This document shows positions 47,410 to 55,671 of a stretch of 64,000 nt of DNA, piece by piece. The position numbers were made by a program, and so were the translations under genes. A model generated the notes under the pieces. That model searched no databases and was not told the DNA's origin. It was given only the letters and a program-made list of their open reading frames with translations. The DNA is from a virus (lineage: Duplodnaviria > Caudoviricetes): the IMG/VR virus record IMGVR_UViG_3300036770_002726, positions 541 to 64,540 of that record. The stretch is one strand, 5' to 3'. The first letter of the stretch is position 1. Each line of letters opens with the position of its first letter.

Positions 47410-47815
47410 AAATAGAAAAACCAAATTTGAATATACATTCCTTGAAACTTATCAAGCAGGTATTGTATTGACAGGAATGGAAGTTAAATCAATCCGTAAT
47501 GGAAATGCAAATTTAACTGACACATATTGTTATTTCAAAGACCAAGAATTGTTTGTTAAAAATATTTCAATATCTTTACCAAATGGGGAACCAAAAAGGG
47601 AAAGAAAGTTGTTATTAAAGAAATCTGAGCTTAATAAATTGAAATCAAAACTTATTAATGGTTTAACAATTGTCCCCACCAAAATTTATGTTAATGATAG
47701 AGGATTGGTTAAAGTTGAAATAGTTTTGGCACAAGGGAAGAAGATTCACGATAAGAGAGAAACAATTAAAGAAAGAGATATTCAAAGAGAACTTCAAAAT
47801 AAATCAAAATGGTAA
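47393..47815 (+). CDS. smpB: SsrA-binding protein SmpB
   Basis: NRK..FEY..LETYQAGIVLTGMEVKSIR, R.RKLLL.K.E, GLTIVP, GKK.HDKRETIKERD. Confidence 0.95.
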   Translation: MKTNIENRKTKFEYTFLETYQAGIVLTGMEVKSIRNGNANLTDTYCYFKDQELFVKNISISLPNGEPKRERKLLLKKSELNKLKSKLINGLTIVPTKIYVNDRGLVKVEIVLAQGKKIHDKRETIKERDIQRELQNKSKW

Positions 47816-48081
47816 CTAAAAAAGTTATAAATAAAACCACATTCATTCAAAAAGTTGAAAATCGTACATTGAGTTGGAATTGTAGAAAAAACAATTTTCA
47901 CATACAAATTGAAAGATATGGTTTAAGTTGGTATATTTTAGCTCACAGAAAAAAAGATGATGTTTATTGGAACTCTTTATGGACTGAAATGTGTTGGAAT
48001 AATTTAGAAGATGCAATGGAATTCGCAAGTAAATTTAATTACAATAAAATAACTCAGACAAATGAACACAACAATGTATAA
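47809..48081 (+). CDS. Hypothetical protein
   Basis: ORF. Confidence 0.5.
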   Translation: MVTKKVINKTTFIQKVENRTLSWNCRKNNFHIQIERYGLSWYILAHRKKDDVYWNSLWTEMCWNNLEDAMEFASKFNYNKITQTNEHNNV

Positions 48082-48337
48082 CATCAAGATTGTTAATGAA
48101 AAATTTGGAACAATCCTTAACGAGAATTTCATTAACGATGTTCAATTCAAGTTGTTTCTTAAAATGATACAAGGATCCTTGGAACTTAAAAATGCGTTAA
48201 CATTTTTCAATGGAGTTGACTTTTTGGTACATATTCCTTATGATAAACTTGTTGATTCAATAATTACAACAAATGTAAATACTTATGATATGACAGAGAT
48301 TGTCAAATCAAAGATTGAAGCTCTAGTCACAAAATAA
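48062..48337 (+). CDS. Hypothetical protein
   Basis: ORF. Confidence 0.55.
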   Translation: MNTTMYNIKIVNEKFGTILNENFINDVQFKLFLKMIQGSLELKNALTFFNGVDFLVHIPYDKLVDSIITTNVNTYDMTEIVKSKIEALVTK

Positions 48338-48355
48338 ACTTTAAATTACTTGGAT

Positions 48356-48487
48356 ATGAAATTGTTTTTATTTGGTATGTTTGTGGTTCTTATGGTAGCT
48401 TGTTGTCCAGCAAAGAAAACTTGTTGCAAAAAAGTTGAGAAAACTTGTCACCAGGTTGAGAAAGATAGTTCTTGCCATAAGAAGTAG
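48356..48487 (+). CDS. Small Cys-rich putative lipoprotein (43 aa, not in ORF track)
   Basis: MKLFLFGMFVVLMVA-CCPAKKTCCKKVEKTCHQVEKDSSCHKK. Confidence 0.55.
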   Translation: MKLFLFGMFVVLMVACCPAKKTCCKKVEKTCHQVEKDSSCHKK

Positions 48488-48538
48488 TTTCCTTATTTAG
48501 AAAAATGAGGTGGTGGAGTCCGATTCTATCGGTCCTAT

Positions 48539-48567
48539 AAAAGGAGACGTTATTGTCTCCTTTTTTT
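48539..48567 (+). terminator. Rho-independent terminator
   Basis: AAAAGGAGAC-GTTATT-GTCTCCTTTT. Confidence 0.8.
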
Positions 48568-48598
48568 ATTTTATTGTTATATTTATTAATAAAAAAAT

Positions 48599-49039
48599 AT
48601 GGAAGATAAAATTAAAAAAACAGTAATGGAAGAAGCCAAGAAAAGAGGTTTAATCCTAGAACAAGAATCAGATAAAGGTGATTTTGTTGAAATGATATCA
48701 TTGTTATTTCATTCAAGAACTCAAGCACACACATTTCACCTTCAAACTGAATCATTTGCCGAACATAAGGCATTAGAAGGTTATTATGATGGAATTGTTG
48801 GTCTCATAGATAGTATTACAGAATCGTATCAAGGTAAATATGGTATTGTTAAAGGTTATAAAAACTATCCTTTAGTTGAATATAAAGGTAATGAATCAAC
48901 TGTATCTTTCTTTCATAATGTTTGTGAAAAAGTAACCAAACTTAGAGATTGTTGTAAAGATAGTTGGTTACAGAATGAAATTGATAATGTCTGCACACTT
49001 TTAAATCAAACAATATATAAACTAAAATACTTGAAATAA
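48599..49039 (+). CDS. Ferritin/Dps-like protein (DUF5856-like)
   Basis: H.FHLQT.SFAEHKAL..YYD....ID...E.YQGKYG; LQN.ID...YKL..L. Confidence 0.75.
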   Translation: MEDKIKKTVMEEAKKRGLILEQESDKGDFVEMISLLFHSRTQAHTFHLQTESFAEHKALEGYYDGIVGLIDSITESYQGKYGIVKGYKNYPLVEYKGNESTVSFFHNVCEKVTKLRDCCKDSWLQNEIDNVCTLLNQTIYKLKYLK

Positions 49040-49068
49040 AAAAAACCCTCTTAATTGAGGGTTTTTTT
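49040..49068. terminator. Bidirectional terminator
   Basis: AAAAACCCTC-TTAATT-GAGGGTTTTT between convergent genes. Confidence 0.8.
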
Positions 49069-49069
49069 A

Positions 49070-49564
49070 TTAGTTAATGTTTATTGTACTTACTGGTGCG
49101 GTTGATAAAGTATTTGTTTTTCTAAGAACTATAATTGTTCCACTTATACTTTTCACAAATAGTTCATCAGGGTTTGAGTGAGATGAACGTATTTCAAATG
49201 TTCCATTGAATAAGTTATATAAACTAACATTATTATGATTTGCAATATAACAAGTTGATGTGGTGATGATTTCTAGTTTATTCTCATCATTAACATATTG
49301 TTTTGAACAAGTATTTTGACCCAATGTCATTTCAACAATACCATCATTGAATGTGAATTTTGGATATCTACTTGACCAAGATAATTCAACTGAGTTAGGG
49401 TCAGAGTCTATAGATAAAACTTCCCAAGTAGTTCTATTGAGAACATCATTAGTTAATGATTTTTCAGTTCCAATAACTTCTGTTGGAAGAATTTCAGTTT
49501 TTTTGCATTGAACAAAAAGTAAAGATGTGATTAGTGCGATTGAGATAACGAATAAATTTTTCAT
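49070..49564 (-). CDS. Putative lipoprotein (META/HslJ-like)
   Basis: Signal peptide ending FVQCKK; L..TTW.V.SI pattern. Confidence 0.55.
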   Translation of the reverse strand: MKNLFVISIALITSLLFVQCKKTEILPTEVIGTEKSLTNDVLNRTTWEVLSIDSDPNSVELSWSSRYPKFTFNDGIVEMTLGQNTCSKQYVNDENKLEIITTSTCYIANHNNVSLYNLFNGTFEIRSSHSNPDELFVKSISGTIIVLRKTNTLSTAPVSTININ

Positions 49565-49742
49565 AATTGTTTTTTTAAATTTGTTTTTTAATTATTTTCT
49601 ATACCAATATATACACATCAATCCTCCAGAAAACAATGACCTTAAAAGGGGTGTTTTATGACCTACATCAGTTTTGAATTATTTTTTAAATTTGAACATA
49701 AAGGTTGGATGTTTAATATTTATAGTTTATAGAAAAAATATT

Positions 49743-52700
49743 ATGTCATTAATTAATCAAAAGAAAATAATACAATTATTAAAGGAATATAATGATAATT
49801 TTGGATTGTTGAATGAATCCAAGAAGGAAATCCTAATGAACAAATTTGGATTAAAAGAGGATGTTGCAAAAGTATTTGATGAAATAGGAAAAAAACTATC
49901 TATTTGGTTAGTTAGAGATGTTTACTTACGACATTACATTAATAAAGCTAAAACTTTAACTAGAGAAAAAGTACCTGAAGAAGTTTTTGAAACTTGGGCT
50001 AAAACTCAATTAAATCAAGAACCAATTAATTCATTGACTCAAGTATTGTCAAGAATTATGGATTATATTATACGTGAGTTAGGTGGAAATAAATCTTCAT
50101 TAGATAATTTAACACTTACTGAAATTATTGGTAAAGCCGATGAATGGCATAGAAGTTTAAATATAGGTAGTGGAAAAATAAATTATATTGAAAAAAATCC
50201 AATCATAATTGATTTTAGAGATGAAGATGGTAATGGATATTATTGGGTTGATTTAAGAACTAAAGACTCCAAAGAAGAATGTGAGAGAATGGGTCATTGT
50301 GGAAGAAGTAGTTTAGGTAGTTTATATTCATTAAGAAGTTATCAACAAAATGGAAAATACAAGGTTAATAAAAGCCATTTAACCGCATCAATTGGTGATA
50401 ATGGAAAATTATATCAATTAAAAGGTCCAAAAAATTCAAAACCAAGTGAAAAATATCATAGATATATTTTACCATTATTTGATGTTAAAGATGAGGATGA
50501 TGAATATTTGATTCAAGGGTTTGGAACAGAATACGCAACACAAGAGGATTTCAAATTGGAAGATTTACCAATGGAGACACTCAAAGATTTATATAGGGTA
50601 AGACCTAAAATATTCAAATCAAGAACATTACAAAGTAAAATGGCTGAATTTGGAATTGAAATAGAAGTTGACCCATTACCAACAGATTTTGATATATCTA
50701 TTCCATATGGGGAGATAACCAAATATATTCAAGGCGATGAATCTGGGTTTGATGTTGTCCGTAATTATTGGACTAAAACTATTTATTTATCTGAGATTAT
50801 TTTGTCTGGTGATTATGAATCATTGGAAAATTATATTGACATTCACGGCAATATTTACGCTGAGGATATTTTGGAAAAATATGTTAGTGAGGAACTCAAA
50901 GATTATATGAGACAAATTATTATGCTTGAAGTTCCAATTGACGAAAAATTAAAATTCGATCAAGCATCATTACCAGTATTAATTGAACACACTGAAGCAG
51001 GTAGTGATATTAGTACTGAAATATTTACAATATATAGGGAAGTATTAATTGAACCATTATATGAGGATTATTATCCAAGGTTAATTCAAACTCTTGAACA
51101 TTATGGTTCAATCATCAATGATACGCGACACGAAGAAATTAAAATAATGGGTGACCTTAGTCAAATAGTTGATATAAATAATCCTAATATTATTGAAATT
51201 TATAATAAAGTTGAAGAGGATTTTGATGAGTTTTATATGGATAGTGTTGTTGATATGATAGTGAAATCTGACCTACTTGAAAAACCTATTTGGGAAAAAC
51301 CTAGTGTAAGTGAAATAGAAATTAATGTTGAAATATTCAACAAGAGACTATATAGACAATTGAATAAATTGGAACAAATAATTAAAAAAGATTCAATGAA
51401 TGAAATTTATCATCAAAACAAGATTATAAAACTATTAAAAGAATATAACTCCAAACATAGTGATATTCTTACTGAGGCCAAATCAAAATTAGAAATACTA
51501 ATTAACAAAACTGGATTAAAACCTGAAACAGCTCAAATGTTTGATTCAATTGCTGGTGGGTTATCTACTTTTTTTGCTAATAAAGTGATTGATAGTTTTC
51601 AAAAACTTACTAGTATGCCCAAAGAACGTGTGGCAAAAGAATTAAATCCAACGTCACAATTAAGACAGGATTTAAATTCCATTATGGATTATTTTATTAA
51701 TGGATTAAATAGAAATAAATCATCTTTGGTTAATTTAACTTTTGAACAAATTAAAGAGAAATCCAAAGAATGGCACGATAGTTTAAATATTGGTGATAGT
51801 AAGATAAATTATATTGAAAACAATCCAATCCTAATTGATTTTAGAAATGAGAATGGTATAGGGTATTACTGGGCAGACCTACAAACGAATAATTCTACCG
51901 AAGAGTGTGAAAGGATGGGACATTGTGGAAGAAGTTCTTCAGGTAAATTATATTCATTAAGAAGTTATAGATTTACACCAGATGGAAAGTATAAGGTTAA
52001 TGATAGTCATTTAACAGCATCAATAAGTAATGATGGGATAATATACCAATTAAAAGGACCTAAGAACTCAAAACCAAAAGAAGAATATCATAAATTCATT
52101 TTACCTTTATTTGATTTACAAGATAAATATGATGATTATTTCATCAAAGGATTTGGAACTGAATATGCCTCACAACAAGATTTCAAATTAGAAGATTTAC
52201 CAATACAGACTCTCAAAGATTTGTATGAAATTAGACCTGAAATATTCAAATCAAGAGGGTTAAAAAGTAAAATGGCTGAATTGGGAATTGAAATAGAAGT
52301 TGAACCACTACCAACAGATTTTGATGTAGAAATAGAGTTTGAATATATAAATCATTATATAGATAACGATGAAGTAATCCACACACGAAAACAAAGAACT
52401 AATTATGGGTCAAATTATACCGTGAATACATACTTATCTGAGGCTCTTTTTAATCCCAACAAAATAGATGAATTAGATGAATGGATTGAAAGAGAATATT
52501 CATTACCTAGTTATGAACAACCATCATTAGAAAAAGTTTTAAAAGAAAATGTTTATGCTGGATTAAGGTCACATATTATAAGATTATTAAAAATGATGAA
52601 ACCAACTGAAGAACAATTAAAACAATTGGAAGAAGTTGAGAAGATTACAGAATGGAGTTTACAAATATCTAGACTAGCTCATTTAATGAGACAAATTGAT

Positions 52701-53108
52701 AATGAAAAAATAATGATTATAAATGACATTTACGATTGTTATGATATTAGTTATATGTATAGTATAAAAGATTCGGCAATTAGTAAATTAAAAGAATCTT
52801 TAATAACTACACTTGAAGGTTATGGTGGGGCTAGTGCTAATAAATATGGAATTTCAATAGAAGGTGATATTGGAGAACTTGTTGATATTGATGACCCAGA
52901 AGTTATTGAAGTATATGATAAAACAGAAGGATCCTATGGTGAATTATATACCTCCGATGTATTCAGAGAATTAGTTGAAACAGACATTATATCAAGACCT
53001 TGGTGGAGAAGACCTGATATAGATGAAGTTGATATTGATAATGACCGATTTAATGAAGAACTAAATGACAGATTAAATTATATTGAAAGATACCAATTAT
53101 GGAATTAA
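49743..53108 (+). CDS. Large leader-bearing protein made of two tandem units (EECERMGHCG domain)
   Basis: Two copies of EWH.SL...YYW.DL...EECERMGHCGRSS...YQLKGPKNSKP; second unit begins near 51396. Confidence 0.75.
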   Translation: MSLINQKKIIQLLKEYNDNFGLLNESKKEILMNKFGLKEDVAKVFDEIGKKLSIWLVRDVYLRHYINKAKTLTREKVPEEVFETWAKTQLNQEPINSLTQVLSRIMDYIIRELGGNKSSLDNLTLTEIIGKADEWHRSLNIGSGKINYIEKNPIIIDFRDEDGNGYYWVDLRTKDSKEECERMGHCGRSSLGSLYSLRSYQQNGKYKVNKSHLTASIGDNGKLYQLKGPKNSKPSEKYHRYILPLFDVKDEDDEYLIQGFGTEYATQEDFKLEDLPMETLKDLYRVRPKIFKSRTLQSKMAEFGIEIEVDPLPTDFDISIPYGEITKYIQGDESGFDVVRNYWTKTIYLSEIILSGDYESLENYIDIHGNIYAEDILEKYVSEELKDYMRQIIMLEVPIDEKLKFDQASLPVLIEHTEAGSDISTEIFTIYREVLIEPLYEDYYPRLIQTLEHYGSIINDTRHEEIKIMGDLSQIVDINNPNIIEIYNKVEEDFDEFYMDSVVDMIVKSDLLEKPIWEKPSVSEIEINVEIFNKRLYRQLNKLEQIIKKDSMNEIYHQNKIIKLLKEYNSKHSDILTEAKSKLEILINKTGLKPETAQMFDSIAGGLSTFFANKVIDSFQKLTSMPKERVAKELNPTSQLRQDLNSIMDYFINGLNRNKSSLVNLTFEQIKEKSKEWHDSLNIGDSKINYIENNPILIDFRNENGIGYYWADLQTNNSTEECERMGHCGRSSSGKLYSLRSYRFTPDGKYKVNDSHLTASISNDGIIYQLKGPKNSKPKEEYHKFILPLFDLQDKYDDYFIKGFGTEYASQQDFKLEDLPIQTLKDLYEIRPEIFKSRGLKSKMAELGIEIEVEPLPTDFDVEIEFEYINHYIDNDEVIHTRKQRTNYGSNYTVNTYLSEALFNPNKIDELDEWIEREYSLPSYEQPSLEKVLKENVYAGLRSHIIRLLKMMKPTEEQLKQLEEVEKITEWSLQISRLAHLMRQIDNEKIMIINDIYDCYDISYMYSIKDSAISKLKESLITTLEGYGGASANKYGISIEGDIGELVDIDDPEVIEVYDKTEGSYGELYTSDVFRELVETDIISRPWWRRPDIDEVDIDNDRFNEELNDRLNYIERYQLWN

Positions 53109-54745
53109 AAGAAAAATATTACCACAAAAAAATCCTAAATTTATTAAAGGAATATAATGATAATTTTGGATTGTTGAATGAATCCAAAAAAGAAATCATA
53201 ATGGATAAGTTGGGGATAAAAGAATCGTTAGCTCAAGTGTTTGATGAAGTTGGAAGAAAATTATCTGTATGGTTGGCCAATAAGTTTCTTAAATATTATT
53301 ATGACTTGGGAGCGAGTATAGCAGAACCTGATGTACCTAAAAAAGATTTAATAGAATTTGCAAAGAACAGACTTAATCAAGAACATAGCCCACACACTAC
53401 TAGAATGGTTTTATCATCAATTATGGATTATATAATAGTTGGTCTAAATGGTAATAGAAGTAGTTTAGAAGATTTACCTATGTTTGAAATTAAAAGAGGT
53501 GAACCGAACATTTACAAGAAAGCTAAAGAATGGCACGATAGTTTAAATATTGGTAATGGTGCAATAAATTATATTGAAAATGCTCCAATCCTAATTGATT
53601 TTAGAAATGAAGATGGTGAAGGATATTATTGGGCTGACCTTAATGTTAAAAGTTCAACTGAAGAATGTGAAAGAATGGGACATTGTGGAAGAAGTTCATA
53701 TGGTTATCTATATTCATTAAGAAGTGATAGAGTTTTACCTGGTGGAAAATATAAGTTAAATAGAAGTCATTTAACTGCTGCTATTGATACTGATGGAATA
53801 TTATATCAATTAAAAGGACCTAAGAACTCAAAACCAAAAGAAGAATATCACCAATATATTGAACCTTTATTTTATTATGAAGATGATGGAGATTATCTAA
53901 TTAAAGGATTTGGAAGTGAATATGCTTCTAACCAAGATTTCAAGTTATCTGATTTACCTGATGCAACAATTAGAAAAATATATAACGATAGACCTGAATT
54001 ATTTAATACAAGAGGTTTAAAAAGAAAGTTGGGTGAGATGGGTATTATTGATGTTGAACCTCCCCAAACAAAATTTGTTTTGGAACTATCACCAAATGAG
54101 CTTGGAACATATTTGCAAGATGATACTTATTCAACTCGTAGATATAAAAATAGAGAGGGTAAAGAGATAGTTAGAAGAGAAAGTTGGTATGAAAAAATAA
54201 TGTCTGATGATATTTGGGAATCAGTTTGGGATACAGACTTTGGATATGATTGGAAGTCAATATTTTATATTGTAAATCCTGAAAACGAAAAATTAATTGG
54301 GTCAATTATTGACGAATGGATTAGTAAGATTGGTGATGAAGTTGATGAAGATATGTCTTTGGAAGACAAAATAGAAGAATATGATAATAACTATGATATC
54401 CGTAATGCTATCACTAATGCAGCAAATGATGTTGGAATAAATGAATATATTGATTATTTAAGAGACACCTTAAAATCAGCTTTAGAAGAATATGGAAATG
54501 TTATTGAATTCAGTAATGAAACAATTAAAATACAAATTGATTTGAAAGATTATACTAGTAGGATGGATGAGGACACTCTTGATGAATATTATGAGAATTG
54601 TTATGATAATCCTAGTTGTGTATTTAATGAATTATTAAGCGAAGGAAATATTGATATACCAAAACCAAGATTCAGAGACTTTGATCCTGATATAAATAAA
54701 AATGATTATAATGAAAATTTAATGGGTAGATTAAACGAAATATAA
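53099..54745 (+). CDS. Third paralogous EECERMGHCG-domain unit
   Basis: Same domain; 47-bp perfect match 53141-53187 to 49776-49822. Confidence 0.75.
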   Translation: MELKEKYYHKKILNLLKEYNDNFGLLNESKKEIIMDKLGIKESLAQVFDEVGRKLSVWLANKFLKYYYDLGASIAEPDVPKKDLIEFAKNRLNQEHSPHTTRMVLSSIMDYIIVGLNGNRSSLEDLPMFEIKRGEPNIYKKAKEWHDSLNIGNGAINYIENAPILIDFRNEDGEGYYWADLNVKSSTEECERMGHCGRSSYGYLYSLRSDRVLPGGKYKLNRSHLTAAIDTDGILYQLKGPKNSKPKEEYHQYIEPLFYYEDDGDYLIKGFGSEYASNQDFKLSDLPDATIRKIYNDRPELFNTRGLKRKLGEMGIIDVEPPQTKFVLELSPNELGTYLQDDTYSTRRYKNREGKEIVRRESWYEKIMSDDIWESVWDTDFGYDWKSIFYIVNPENEKLIGSIIDEWISKIGDEVDEDMSLEDKIEEYDNNYDIRNAITNAANDVGINEYIDYLRDTLKSALEEYGNVIEFSNETIKIQIDLKDYTSRMDEDTLDEYYENCYDNPSCVFNELLSEGNIDIPKPRFRDFDPDINKNDYNENLMGRLNEI

Positions 54746-54746
54746 T

Positions 54747-55592
54747 ATGAAAATAATAATAACAGAAAGTCAGTATAAAATACTTAATGAACAATTAGGT
54801 AATTTCGGTGATATAAGAAATGTAAAGAAATTACGAAAAGATTGGAAAACTGATGTTCTATCAAATACAGAAAGAGGTATTAAAAAAATAAAACAAGGAC
54901 TTGATGGAGCAGACATCAAAGATATTGTTAATGACTTATCAAAAAAATTTGGAATTAATAAAATTTCATATGCTGGTAGAGGATATTATGGTATTGCATT
55001 TGTAGCTGATGGTACAAAAATATTGAAACTCACCCAAGACGAAGATGAAATAAAAGGAATTGAAAAAATAGTAGGAAAAGAAATACCTGGTATTGTAAAT
55101 TATTATGATTATGAATATTATCCTGAATATAACATTTATGGTATTCTAATGGATAAAGCAAAACCAATTTCAAAAATAGAAAAAGACATTTACACAACAA
55201 TGTTTTATATGGGTGCGAATTATTCTGACTCTGATTTTTGGGATGATTATGATGAAGAGTTTTTGGATAATTTGGTTGATAGATTGGAAAGTCCTGAACC
55301 TGAAGATGAAATCCCACCAATTGGTATTAGTGGTTATTATAGTAGTGATGAAGATGATGAGGAAGATGAAGAGTTTGATGATGAAGACGAGAGTAATTAT
55401 TACATTCCAAAAAGGGAAAAACCAGTTTCGAGTGTAAATATTACCTATGATGAACTGATAGAGTATATAGAGAAATACAGAGAATTATTATTGAAGTTGG
55501 AAGCTAACGATATTGCAACAAAAGATTTACACGGAGAAAACATTGGACAAATAAATGGAGAACTAGTCCATTTTGATGTAATGGCATTTTAA
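54747..55592 (+). CDS. Leader-bearing protein-kinase-like (PKL) protein
   Basis: GRGYYGIAF Gly loop, ILKLT, DLHGENIG catalytic loop, HFD. Confidence 0.75.
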   Translation: MKIIITESQYKILNEQLGNFGDIRNVKKLRKDWKTDVLSNTERGIKKIKQGLDGADIKDIVNDLSKKFGINKISYAGRGYYGIAFVADGTKILKLTQDEDEIKGIEKIVGKEIPGIVNYYDYEYYPEYNIYGILMDKAKPISKIEKDIYTTMFYMGANYSDSDFWDDYDEEFLDNLVDRLESPEPEDEIPPIGISGYYSSDEDDEEDEEFDDEDESNYYIPKREKPVSSVNITYDELIEYIEKYRELLLKLEANDIATKDLHGENIGQINGELVHFDVMAF

Positions 55593-55671
55593 TAACTTAA
55601 CAATAAGTTAATACAAAACATTTTACTATCTCAACTATTTTTCCTATTTATGATTTGTCAAAACCATAAGT

